A stretch of 64,000 nucleotides of DNA. It comes from Candidatus Heimdallarchaeota archaeon. GTDB taxonomy: Archaea > Asgardarchaeota > Heimdallarchaeia > Heimdallarchaeales > Heimdallarchaeaceae. The stretch covers positions 1 to 64,000 of the forward strand of contig DXJF01000050.1 in NCBI GenBank assembly GCA_019057375.1, in the 5' to 3' direction. A model generated the notes under the pieces. It saw nothing but the letters and a program-made list of their open reading frames with translations, did not search any database and was not told the origin of the DNA. Both the position numbers and the translations under genes were made by a program. Below are positions 37,063 to 47,227 of the stretch, piece after piece. The first letter of the stretch is position 1. Every line of letters starts with the position of its first letter.

Positions 37063-37578
37063 TCAAATTAGAATCTTTTCTAAGTGCTTCAAAACATCAG
37101 ATACAGATGAAGCTGAAATAATTTTATCGTCTCTACTTCCATCTATTTTTGAGTTGGCTAGTTTTTCTGCCCATCCTCCCGATTTCTTGAGTGCAATTAT
37201 TGTTTTATTCATTTGCCAGGCATATGAAATTTCAGATAAAGTTCCTGCCCCTCCATGAACTGCAATAACTGCATCAGCGGAAGCAATGATTATTTGATTT
37301 CTAGCGTTGGACATACCAGTTAAGATTTTTATATCTACAAAAGGATTAGCAGAGGATTTTTCTAATGATGGAAGAATACCTATTGTCTGCCCATAAGAAT
37401 ACTTCTTAGATTCCTTAGCTCCCTCACATACAGCTTTCATTACTCCTTTCAATCCTCCACATAAAATTGTGAAATCATTGTCAACTAATCGTTTTCCCAA
37501 TTTTTTTGCTAACAAATACTCTTCTGAATCTTCTAAGATATTCCCTGAACCTATTACAGCAATCTGGAATTTTCTCAT
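37063..37578 (-). CDS. TIGR00725/LOG-family Rossmann-fold nucleotide-binding protein
   Basis: IAVIGS, CGGLKGVM, TGMSNARN, GGAGTLSE. Confidence 0.92.
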   Translation of the reverse strand: MRKFQIAVIGSGNILEDSEEYLLAKKLGKRLVDNDFTILCGGLKGVMKAVCEGAKESKKYSYGQTIGILPSLEKSSANPFVDIKILTGMSNARNQIIIASADAVIAVHGGAGTLSEISYAWQMNKTIIALKKSGGWAEKLANSKIDGSRDDKIISASSVSDVLKHLEKILI

Positions 37579-37661
37579 AGATAAACATCTTTGGTCGAAT
37601 AAAAAAATCTATCCTAAAAATGAAACTTTTAGTTGAGTAGAAGGTTATTTCATTAGCAAAA

Positions 37662-40289
37662 TTATTCTTTATGAACCCTGCTTATATGAATTTTTAAACC
37701 TCTTTCTGTCTTGAAAGATTTCTGACATTGAGTACAAGCAAATTCTTTCTCTAAAATCTCTTCAGTTTGTATTTGCTCAGGCTGTTCTTCAGGTGTTTTT
37801 GTAATTTCATCCGGACCAAGTTGTTCTACTTTCTCATCAATTTTTTCTTGAATTTCCTTGATCTCTTCTATTATCTCTTCAGTTGTCTCTTCAGTAGTCT
37901 CGTCTGTTATAACTTCAGTTTCTTCAATATCTTGAACTATATAGAGTCTTCCACTAACTAATTCAATTCTCGCTGGAATTTCTTCTCGCAAAATCATATC
38001 ATAAATCATTTTTTCAGCTTTATCAACTGATAAACCAATTCTTTCCGCGAATAGTTCTAATGGAATGGAACCTACTTTTGAGAGACTGGAGATGTATTTC
38101 TTTTTCATCATCTCAAACTCAACGTTTTCAGACAACATACGTCCTTGAAAAGCTTTCACCAAATCTTCATAAGAACCTTCATTGAAGACAGTTATAACAT
38201 CTGTAATTATCTTCTTAAAAGAGTTATTCAAAGCCATCTCCTTAATAGCATTTGTAATAGATTCTAATGCTACTTCTGACCCTAAGGTTACCAAAGATAT
38301 AGCTACACTAAGTCCATCAAACATAGTTAAAAATGAAATAATTCTTCGAGTTATAGTTTCATCTGCTTCTTCCTTATCCAATTCTTGTTTGTATATATTC
38401 ACAAGAATTCTGCATAATAATTGTAATAAATCAATACTTGCAACTCCAAAAGCATTAACCATGCGTTTCAGTCTATCTTCAACATAAGCATCTGAAGTAA
38501 CAATATTCCTATGCAAGAATTTCTCAATTACCTCCCCTGCAATAAGTAAAGAACTTCTAACAACCAAAGAAGTTGTTTTTAGATTCTGATAAAATCCTTT
38601 TTCTTCTTCAGAGTTAAGAGTATCTTCAAGCAAAGTGTTCAGCTTTTCGTGATAATAATCAGGCTTGTGAGCTGATAAATAGGTGATCATATCAGCAATT
38701 TTCTCTTCTGGATTTAGCTCTCTAACTTTTATCAATCGCTTGAGTATCGTTTGAAAGATTTTATCTATTAATAGAGGATTATTTTGTAAAGACAATAAAT
38801 TAGAAAAAACAACCTCCACTCCTGTTGCATTGCTTATCATTGCTCTTTCAATAAAAGAAGTTATGATATGTTCATCGACATCTAAAGAATCTAATTCTTC
38901 CAATTCAAATTGTGTAATTTGTTCAATACCTGGTAGTACAAACTGACCTTCAGCTTTTGATTGGTAAAATTCACTATCCATACTCGCATCTTTTGGAGGT
39001 GGAGTAGGTATTGATTGAATAGTTTCTTCAGTTTCAATTACTTCCATTTCAAACTCATCTGTAAGAGTATCAGATTCAGACAAATCTTCAAATATCTCAG
39101 TTTCAGTTTCCATTTTCTTTGGTTCATCTGCTGAAATCCCTTCCTCAAATATTGATTCTATAAGTTCTAGATCTTCCTCTTTAACTGAGATTTCAAGAGT
39201 CTTAACTTCTTCTTTTTCTTGTTTAGTTTCTCGAACTCTAAATAAACTGACAAGTTTTTCTCCTAAACCTTCAATCAAACCTTGAGGTTCAACAGTGATT
39301 GTATCTAATGAAATTTCAATACTTTTCAGAACTGTATCCAGAAATTCTTGTGTTGATTGGTTTTCTGGAGATAAATCTTCCACTAAAACAGTAACCCCTT
39401 CTTCTCTAAGAGAAGGAACTAAATCACTGTCTTTTGTATCAATTATTACTGCATCCACACAGTCTTTAACCAATTTTGCAACATTAACAAGATTTGCTTC
39501 AAAATTTGTTTTTTGAAGTATTGTTTGTTCAATTTGACTAATTTCATTTCCAGGCCAGATTGGGGAAATAATCGCTATTTCTCCATCAGATTTTTGTAAA
39601 GTTTCTTTAAAGTGATTGGAATTGAACAAAATGAATAAAGAAACTATATCTGTTGGAATTATGATAACAGCTGATGCTGATGTGATTTTTCTTACAGCAC
39701 TAGAGCTTATTTTCATTTTACTAGTTTCTTCAAGATCTATTATACCTGTAATATCTTCAAGAACTTGATTTAGTGCTTTATTATTATTCTTTGAGTTTTC
39801 TTTTTGTTTTTCTAATTCAGAAGAGATTAGGAATTGACGAACTGGAATTTCCACTTCTCCATCTTTAATATGGAAAATTCTACTCTCTTCAAATAATGGG
39901 TAAATAAATTCATTGTCAAATATGGCTGTAGTGATGTTTTTCCATGCCTTCATGTATTCCTTATTTTCAGGTTTTATACTAGTAGCATACTTTGATATTA
40001 GGTAATTAAGTGTTGAAAGATGTAAGGGATTGTAAAATTCAAAAAATTGTCCTAAGGTTTCAAAAACTGCTAATGAATCCATGCTTTTCTTGGCAATAAT
40101 TTCAATTATATTGGTGAATTCAAGGCTGTAAAACAGTATCTTTGAGGGATCAGCGTGATGGATTTGGAAATCACTTGAGTTATTAGCTACAATAGAATAA
40201 GGAATTATGTCGCTTTGAAGTATTTCTTTTGTGAAAGGACTGTCCCTGTACCCCACAGAGATTATAGCTATATCGTGTTCAGAAGACAT
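37662..40289 (-). CDS. Multidomain protein: degenerate CofD-like domain, acidic linker, helical solenoid, PCI-type winged helix, C2H2 zinc finger
   Basis: ISPIWPG...VDAVIIDTKD...GVTVLV (CofD-like); SIPLELFAERIGLSVDKAEKMIYDMI...IPARIE (PCI-like); FACTQCQKSFKTERGLKIHISRVH. Confidence 0.65.
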   Translation of the reverse strand: MSSEHDIAIISVGYRDSPFTKEILQSDIIPYSIVANNSSDFQIHHADPSKILFYSLEFTNIIEIIAKKSMDSLAVFETLGQFFEFYNPLHLSTLNYLISKYATSIKPENKEYMKAWKNITTAIFDNEFIYPLFEESRIFHIKDGEVEIPVRQFLISSELEKQKENSKNNNKALNQVLEDITGIIDLEETSKMKISSSAVRKITSASAVIIIPTDIVSLFILFNSNHFKETLQKSDGEIAIISPIWPGNEISQIEQTILQKTNFEANLVNVAKLVKDCVDAVIIDTKDSDLVPSLREEGVTVLVEDLSPENQSTQEFLDTVLKSIEISLDTITVEPQGLIEGLGEKLVSLFRVRETKQEKEEVKTLEISVKEEDLELIESIFEEGISADEPKKMETETEIFEDLSESDTLTDEFEMEVIETEETIQSIPTPPPKDASMDSEFYQSKAEGQFVLPGIEQITQFELEELDSLDVDEHIITSFIERAMISNATGVEVVFSNLLSLQNNPLLIDKIFQTILKRLIKVRELNPEEKIADMITYLSAHKPDYYHEKLNTLLEDTLNSEEEKGFYQNLKTTSLVVRSSLLIAGEVIEKFLHRNIVTSDAYVEDRLKRMVNAFGVASIDLLQLLCRILVNIYKQELDKEEADETITRRIISFLTMFDGLSVAISLVTLGSEVALESITNAIKEMALNNSFKKIITDVITVFNEGSYEDLVKAFQGRMLSENVEFEMMKKKYISSLSKVGSIPLELFAERIGLSVDKAEKMIYDMILREEIPARIELVSGRLYIVQDIEETEVITDETTEETTEEIIEEIKEIQEKIDEKVEQLGPDEITKTPEEQPEQIQTEEILEKEFACTQCQKSFKTERGLKIHISRVHKE

Positions 40290-40547
40290 GAATTTGACAC
40301 CAGGTATGGATATGAACTATCATTGGAATATTTATTTTACACACTTTCAATCGTACCATCATTCATAAAGATTATTATGGATTACAGTGACATAACCTTA
40401 ACAAAATTAGAATTAGACGCATTGTAGAACAAAAATACCAAAACTGTTTATAAAGTGAAATAAACTAGAATGTCACTGTAAGGCTGATTTAATTACACTC
40501 TTACAAAATAAATTAGGTGAGTTGTTAATTGTTTAGAAGCATACTTA

Positions 40548-43298
40548 TTATATGAAGTGTTGACTTTCGATTTTCTTTTTAATTTCATTAACGTTTTTCA
40601 GTAAGTCTTTGCTATTTTCATTCGTGAATATTTCCCAGTAATAGAACATTAATTGCTCAACCCAGCGATAATGTTTTTCAGCCTCAGAGAAGTTCGATTT
40701 ATCAAGTAATGTTAAGATATAATCGTTAAGAATTTCAACAAGGAATAAAGGATCAGTAATCCATTCTTTTTTATCTAATAAGCTTCGAATAACGTCATTT
40801 TTATCCACACTAAATTTCTTTAAGGTCTCATCAGGAACTTCACTAATAAGTGAATACATGTACATGTTTGCTGTAACAAATAGATAATCCCAAATGTGTT
40901 TAGAGAAGTGAAAATTCTCTTTCCGACTGTTTATTGTATTAAGAACCCAGCTTAGTAGTTCAATAGATGAATCATGTTTCTCAATTTTGATTAAATGTTT
41001 AATTAAGTGCAGATATAGATATATTCCACTGTCTTTAACATCTCTCTCTTTACATATTTCAAATAGAGGTTTAATCTCATGTAACTCGCCAAGAAGATAG
41101 ATAAATAATTCTAATAAAATGTCCCAATCTTTGAATTCACATAATTCACAGAGCAAATTAAGAGTTTCAACCAGATTGTACTCCTCATCTAAATTTTCAT
41201 CTTTAAAAAGCTGGATAATTTTAGATATAACACCAAATTTTCTGCTTTTATGGTCTTTTGATTTAGCTTCAAGAACCTCGAAATCTTGCTTGAAGTTATC
41301 ACTTTTAGCAACAATTCCCAAAAAGGTTCGATAATATAGGCTCTCCAAAATTTTCTCTCCCTCACCTAGTTTATTTGCGATTTCAACCAATTTATCGTTT
41401 AAAGCTTTTTTCTTTTCAAGGAACTCATTTGATATAGATAGGTATATCCCTTTAGTTTGCAACCAAGCATATTGATAGTAAAAATCTTTCCAGAATCTAG
41501 TATCACTTCTCTTTAGAAAATCTTCAATTAATGCTTGGAAGAAATCTTGCAGTGTTTCAGATGACACATTAACGCCGTAAGCATGAGTAATTAATTTTGA
41601 TAATGGATTCAGATTATCAGCATCTCTCAGAGATAAATCAAAGATGGTTATAGGATCCGCTTGAAAAATTTGTAAAATATCAGGAATTTTCAGGAAATCA
41701 AATGAAGTTTTTAGTTTTAAAACTGAATCTAAGATTTTAACTTTAAGATCTCTAAAACCACCCTCTTGGAGATAAAATCGGAATAGATTTAGTTGAGGAT
41801 TTTTCTCAGGCAGGTAAATAATTGCTTTAGAAGCAGGACAATTGATAGATCTTTGAACTTTAAGTAAAACTTCTTCTATTTCATCAATTTCATTCATTGT
41901 ACTTTTTCTTTCATCTGATAATAAACCAATAACTGAATAATAGGGAGATAAAGTTGAGTGTAATGACTGATATTCTGCAGGATCTACTTTGAAATCTTCT
42001 TTCATAAGAAGCATTATTCTTTCATTTTCTATCTCTAAATCAAGAACGAAAAAACACCGTTCTTCTTCAACAGTAAATCCTTCGATTTTCATTGATTTTT
42101 CATGTATATAACTATATGAAGCTTTTTCGATAATTCTTAGAAACTGTGAATAAGAAGTTGTAGGAAAATTATTAGTAATGGGGCTCATGACTTGTAAATG
42201 TGACTGTTTTTTGAAATCATCAGTGTTTATTGTAATAGATTTTACGCTAAATGGATCAAATAGAGGATTGAAAGACATAAAATAAAATATCAAGCTGGAA
42301 ATCTCTGTCAGTTTATATTTTATAAGAGATTCAATTTCGGAATACTTTTTCTCTTTAGCAAACTGATATGCTTTTTCCATTATGTTTTGAGCTTTCTTAA
42401 AGTCATTAATATTATAAAAGGCATCTGACAGTTTTTGACACAAAAATAAGTACTTTTCCTCATCATTCCATCTGGAAGATTGTAATAATATATCTGCAAA
42501 TTGATACAAGGTTTCGGGTTCTACAAGCATAAGGGATTTGGCAAACAAAACATCAACATTTTCCAGTATTTCTGAAAATAGGTAGGAAGCTGAACCTAAT
42601 TGTATTAAAAAGCCTGAAATGTTATTCTTAATCTCATCAAGCTTTTCTTTAGTATATGGGAGCTCCAAAGAATTCATTACAGTTAGAAGGTAAACAATAA
42701 CAAGAAAAATTGAGTGTACATCTTTTAGAGAGTCTTTTAGAACGTCAAACCATTTAAGAGTTGAGTCAAATCCCTTGATGTACTCATCTGTTTCCCAATA
42801 AGTTCTAGATTGAAGCTCAAGAATTATTGTTGCATTTTCAGAGAAAAACTCGGGATATTTTTGGATTTTTTTAATCTCTTTGAGGACTTTCTTGTAGTTT
42901 CGTCTTTTGTAATAATCAAAAGCTAATTGAACCCTGATGCCAATTTCAATATCAATGATTTTGATTTTTCTAGCTAAGGAAAGAGCGTTTTCAAGATATT
43001 CTAACTGCGATTCTCCCTTGTAATTTGCTATCTGAGCATTCAAAAGTAGTGTTTTCATTTTTGTAAAGTCATCTTTCCATTTACTCGCAAGACTATAGAG
43101 AACGTCACATATTTCTTCTGCTGTTTCGATTTGACCTTTGGTTAAAGCTTCTTGTCCTCTTAGAGCTAGATTAATAGAAAGAGTTTCTTTATCATTATCA
43201 AACTCAATATTATATCTAGTTGCAATTTGAGAAAGCTCTTCACCAGAGTCCTTCTCTAATTTTTTACTCTCTTTGCGTTTACTATCTTCTGGGGACAA
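40548..43298 (-). CDS. Large hypothetical helical-repeat (TPR-like) protein
   Basis: 916-aa ORF with helical-repeat termini and a central alpha/beta segment. Confidence 0.7.
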   Translation of the reverse strand: MSPEDSKRKESKKLEKDSGEELSQIATRYNIEFDNDKETLSINLALRGQEALTKGQIETAEEICDVLYSLASKWKDDFTKMKTLLLNAQIANYKGESQLEYLENALSLARKIKIIDIEIGIRVQLAFDYYKRRNYKKVLKEIKKIQKYPEFFSENATIILELQSRTYWETDEYIKGFDSTLKWFDVLKDSLKDVHSIFLVIVYLLTVMNSLELPYTKEKLDEIKNNISGFLIQLGSASYLFSEILENVDVLFAKSLMLVEPETLYQFADILLQSSRWNDEEKYLFLCQKLSDAFYNINDFKKAQNIMEKAYQFAKEKKYSEIESLIKYKLTEISSLIFYFMSFNPLFDPFSVKSITINTDDFKKQSHLQVMSPITNNFPTTSYSQFLRIIEKASYSYIHEKSMKIEGFTVEEERCFFVLDLEIENERIMLLMKEDFKVDPAEYQSLHSTLSPYYSVIGLLSDERKSTMNEIDEIEEVLLKVQRSINCPASKAIIYLPEKNPQLNLFRFYLQEGGFRDLKVKILDSVLKLKTSFDFLKIPDILQIFQADPITIFDLSLRDADNLNPLSKLITHAYGVNVSSETLQDFFQALIEDFLKRSDTRFWKDFYYQYAWLQTKGIYLSISNEFLEKKKALNDKLVEIANKLGEGEKILESLYYRTFLGIVAKSDNFKQDFEVLEAKSKDHKSRKFGVISKIIQLFKDENLDEEYNLVETLNLLCELCEFKDWDILLELFIYLLGELHEIKPLFEICKERDVKDSGIYLYLHLIKHLIKIEKHDSSIELLSWVLNTINSRKENFHFSKHIWDYLFVTANMYMYSLISEVPDETLKKFSVDKNDVIRSLLDKKEWITDPLFLVEILNDYILTLLDKSNFSEAEKHYRWVEQLMFYYWEIFTNENSKDLLKNVNEIKKKIESQHFI

Positions 43299-43434
43299 TT
43301 TACATTAACCTTCTAACAAATGAGTGTCCAGATGACCGTTTATCAACGTTTTCTTTCAACAAATTAGATAGAAAAACAGTTACACGCAATAAAGTTCATT
43401 AATGTACCAACCAAAAAATGATTAGTGGTTCAGT

Positions 43435-45042
43435 ATGAGTGAATCAAGCTGGAGAGAAAGAATGCCTTGGAGAATAAACTATCCAGATAAATCAGTATTC
43501 GAATATTTCATAGAAATTTCAAAAGGTTTTGACGATAATAAGATTCTTTTCAAAGAGGGATCAAAGAATTATAAAGCTAAAGAAATAATTGAAAAGACCA
43601 ACAAGTTAGCTTATTTTTTGGATGCAAATTCAATTGAAAAAAATGAAACAGTAGCTATTTTGTTACCTAATTCAATCGGGTTTGTAATTTCAATATTTGC
43701 GTCATTTCAAATAGGGGCTAAAGTTACTCTAATTAACCCAAGATTATCACAAAAAGAGATTGCTTTTCAGCTAAGAGATTCTGAATCTAAAGTATTGATA
43801 ACAAATCACATACTGTGTGAAAAAATTTTGGAAATAGTAAGTCAATATCAGTTCAAAGCTAAGATTCTTATTAGTGATCCAGAAGAATCAGTGAAGGAAA
43901 CTACACTAGATAAAGAATGTGATTTAGTAATATTATCAAGTATACTTAGTAAAGAGGAAAAATTAACAGAAATAAGAAGCAAAGCGTCAGACCTAGCATT
44001 TCTTCTATATACAGGAGGAACTTCAGGCACGGCTAAAGCTGTAATGCTAACTCATTCTAATGTTCTCGCAAATGCTCTTCAATTTAATGAATGGGCAAAA
44101 GAAATACCACAAAAATTTACAGGTTGTGTTGTTTCTGCTCTACCAATGTGTCACAGTTTTGGTTTGCAATGCAGTTTCCTAGCCCCACTTTTTAGGGGTG
44201 AAATGATTGTCATAATCCCAAAATTTGAACCAAAGAGCTTGCTCAAATTGATGGTGGAGGAAAAAGCTACCTCTTTTTACGGTGTTCCAACAATGTACAT
44301 AGCTCTTCTTCGATCAAAAATAGAGAGTTATGACTTAGAGAGTCTAAAAGTTTGCGTTTCTGGTGGGTCAGCATTACCCAAAGAAGTTCAGGAAGAGTTC
44401 AAGCAAAAGACATCTGTAGAGATTACAGAAGGTTACGGATTAACTGAATGTAGTCCTGTTACTCATATAAATCCTTACGGTAAAGCGATTGTCAATTCCA
44501 TAGGTAAACCTCTCACTGACACATTAGCACGATTGGTTGATTCTGAAACTCTCGATGAAGTTGAAGAGGGTGAAGTTGGTGAGATAGTCATTTTAGGTCC
44601 TCAAGTTATGAAAGGATACTTTGGTAAAGGTTTAGAATCTTCCAATGTTTTTACTTCAGATGGATGGTTAAAAACTGGTGACTTAGCTCTTATAGATTCT
44701 GAGGGATATTTCTTTATTGTTGACAGATCCAAAGATGTTATCAATTCTGGTGGACTTAAGGTTTATCCCAGAGAAGTAGAAGAAGAACTCTACAAACACC
44801 CAGGAGTTTCACTTGTAACTGTAATACCTGTTCCAGATGATTACTTTGGTGAAGTAGGGAAGGCTTTTATTGTTGCAAAAGAAGGCCTAGAAATTACTGA
44901 AAATGAAATGAGAGAATTCTGTATCAATCAATCCATAACTAAGTACAAAATCCCTAAAACTTTCGAATTTGTTGATTCTTTACCATTAAGCGCAGCTGGT
45001 AAAGTTCTTAAAAGAGAATTAATCAAAAGAGAATCAATATAG
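43435..45042 (+). CDS. fadD: Long-chain-fatty-acid--CoA ligase
   Basis: YTGGTSG..K, EGYGLTECSP, WLKTGD, DRSKD, SGGLKVYPREVE, GKVLKREL. Confidence 0.92.
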   Translation: MSESSWRERMPWRINYPDKSVFEYFIEISKGFDDNKILFKEGSKNYKAKEIIEKTNKLAYFLDANSIEKNETVAILLPNSIGFVISIFASFQIGAKVTLINPRLSQKEIAFQLRDSESKVLITNHILCEKILEIVSQYQFKAKILISDPEESVKETTLDKECDLVILSSILSKEEKLTEIRSKASDLAFLLYTGGTSGTAKAVMLTHSNVLANALQFNEWAKEIPQKFTGCVVSALPMCHSFGLQCSFLAPLFRGEMIVIIPKFEPKSLLKLMVEEKATSFYGVPTMYIALLRSKIESYDLESLKVCVSGGSALPKEVQEEFKQKTSVEITEGYGLTECSPVTHINPYGKAIVNSIGKPLTDTLARLVDSETLDEVEEGEVGEIVILGPQVMKGYFGKGLESSNVFTSDGWLKTGDLALIDSEGYFFIVDRSKDVINSGGLKVYPREVEEELYKHPGVSLVTVIPVPDDYFGEVGKAFIVAKEGLEITENEMREFCINQSITKYKIPKTFEFVDSLPLSAAGKVLKRELIKRESI

Positions 45043-45121
45043 TTTTCTTAAATCTGATTTTTTCTTAAAATTCTTTGAAAAGTTTTTTAAATTAAGATAT
45101 TAATACAATCAAGGTGGTTTC

Positions 45122-46033
45122 TTGGGGTTGGAAACAGGGGAGGACAAAAAAAAGTACGAGATTGAATTACTTGAAAGTTTAATCGATAATAGTTTATATG
45201 AAGAAGCTCTATCTTTTATAACTAGAGCAATTTCAAAATATGACGATATTAGTTTAAAATATCTCAAAGGAAAAGTCTATTATTTAATAGGTAAATTCGA
45301 TGATTCAATCACTGAATTAACCAGTGTCATTACTGAAGATTCTGATTATTGGGAAGCTTATGAACTTCTAGGAGAGATTTATAGGATACGTAATCAGACT
45401 GAGATTGCTGAAAATTACTATTTCAAGTCTACATCTCTGAACTCGAGAGCCACCCAATCATGGCTTGGAAGAGGAAAACTAGCAATGGCTCGGGGAGAGT
45501 ATCAAGTAGCTGCATTAAGTTTTGAAACATACTTGAGAACTAAAAAGGAAGACATTATGGTCTGGAGGTTACTGGGAAGAAGCTATAAAGAGCTTGAAAA
45601 TTTCGTTTCTGCAATTGATGCTTATACTGAAGCTATTGAACTTGAACCTGTTAATCAAGATCTTTATGAAGAACTCGGTGATCTCTATCTCTTCATGGGA
45701 CATCATGATATAGCTAAGGAGAAATATCTCCAAGCACTACAAGTAGAAGAAAAAACACGACCTGTGAACGCGTCTATCTATAATAAACTATCAAGAATAT
45801 ATCTAGCTGAAGGTAACATACAGAAAGCATTCAGTCTGTGCAATGAGCTGTTAACTTTGTCAAAAGAAGATGATGCGGCATTATTTATTTCAGGTCAAGC
45901 TCTAATCAAAATGGGTCAAAAATATGAAGGAACCATTAGAGTAAAGAAAGCCTTTGAGATCTCTAACAATCAAGAATACAAGGATTATCTAAACAAACTA
46001 GATGAAGAACTGTATGGTCCTAAATATGTTTAA
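45122..46033 (+). CDS. Tetratricopeptide repeat protein
   Basis: Repeated TPR consensus. Confidence 0.9.
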   Translation: MGLETGEDKKKYEIELLESLIDNSLYEEALSFITRAISKYDDISLKYLKGKVYYLIGKFDDSITELTSVITEDSDYWEAYELLGEIYRIRNQTEIAENYYFKSTSLNSRATQSWLGRGKLAMARGEYQVAALSFETYLRTKKEDIMVWRLLGRSYKELENFVSAIDAYTEAIELEPVNQDLYEELGDLYLFMGHHDIAKEKYLQALQVEEKTRPVNASIYNKLSRIYLAEGNIQKAFSLCNELLTLSKEDDAALFISGQALIKMGQKYEGTIRVKKAFEISNNQEYKDYLNKLDEELYGPKYV

Positions 46034-46082
46034 TACAAATTTTTAGAAGGAGATTTATACTCCTTCAGATATCTAGACAATA

Positions 46083-46820
46083 ATGGAAGAGTTTGAGAAT
46101 TTCTTTAAGGCATCTGAAACTAGAATCGCTAGATTAGGATACATGATATGGGACATTTATACTTGTCCAGAAATAATAATCATAGATAACCTTGGTGCTT
46201 CCTTCAGATGTTCTTATGACTTGCATACAACAGTTTTTGGACCTCCTAATAAAGAAATACTAGAAAATTTCAACCCAAAAGGACAAATTAGTCTTTCTTT
46301 TGATACAGAATGGAGGGAACTCATTGGAGAACATTTCACAAAGTTCATCCCCATGGATAAATCTGTACAAAATAAAGATATCAATACATTTGTTTGCATG
46401 GAACTAGATAGAGAAAATTTTATTCCACAAAAGGTATATCAATCTAGAGAATTGCTCCTAGAAGATGCCAAACTTCTTGGATTAAAACATAGAATTCTCT
46501 TTTCCCAAGGATTAGGAGGAGTAGGAATAATAGAAAACAATGAATTAATTGGATGTGCTTTCACTCCGCATTATATACAAAATGACCGATTCTCTTTTGC
46601 AATAATAAGAGGAGTTTGGGTCAGAAAACAAAATCGTAATAGAGGTATTGGGTATGATTTGAGTTCAAAAATGTGTGAAGTTATTTTTGGCAAAGGCATT
46701 GAAAAAGTAACTCTTTGGGTTGAGGAAACAAATTTACCGGCAGTACAAATCTATGAGAAACTTCGATTCAATATAGTTGAAAAAGTGCATGGAGTAGACT
46801 GCGTAAAAAGTGAGAGATAA
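46083..46820 (+). CDS. GNAT N-acetyltransferase (C-terminal GNAT domain)
   Basis: IRGVWV...RNRGIG, NLPAVQIYEKL.F. Confidence 0.85.
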   Translation: MEEFENFFKASETRIARLGYMIWDIYTCPEIIIIDNLGASFRCSYDLHTTVFGPPNKEILENFNPKGQISLSFDTEWRELIGEHFTKFIPMDKSVQNKDINTFVCMELDRENFIPQKVYQSRELLLEDAKLLGLKHRILFSQGLGGVGIIENNELIGCAFTPHYIQNDRFSFAIIRGVWVRKQNRNRGIGYDLSSKMCEVIFGKGIEKVTLWVEETNLPAVQIYEKLRFNIVEKVHGVDCVKSER

Positions 46821-46823
46821 GTT

Positions 46824-47135
46824 CTAATAACCTATAAACTTTCTAAATTTTGTTTCTAGTTCTTTAGGATCAATTTTCACATTAACATCCGAAAGAACAA
46901 TTATTGGTGTTGCATTTTCCAATCTAATATGTTCAAGAGTATCCTCGATTCCAATTGTCGCAGAAGCAGAAAGAATAATCAAAGAATAGTCTTTTTGCAA
47001 AGTTTCTTCCAGTTTTTCAAGCGTTTCTTCAGGTGTAAATACTTCCTGACCTGGAACACCTATTAAATTAAAACCTCTTACCGTTTCTCTAGCTCCAATA
47101 ACAAAAGCTTTCTTCGATGACTCCAGATCTGACAT
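46824..47135 (-). CDS. atpF: A/V-type ATP synthase subunit F
   Basis: VIGARETVRGFNLIGV, YSLIILS, PIIVL. Confidence 0.88.
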   Translation of the reverse strand: MSDLESSKKAFVIGARETVRGFNLIGVPGQEVFTPEETLEKLEETLQKDYSLIILSASATIGIEDTLEHIRLENATPIIVLSDVNVKIDPKELETKFRKFIGY

Positions 47136-47227
47136 TGAAAATACATTCAGTTTGTTTGTTTAAAGCTTTGTGCTATAAATATGGTCGGTGAGTAAACTAT
47201 TTATTATATAAATTTATAATTGGACAA

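Noticed and set aside
40215-40427. 70-aa plus-strand ORF
   Set aside because: Overlaps the start of the 875-aa gene on the opposite strand; no recognisable motif
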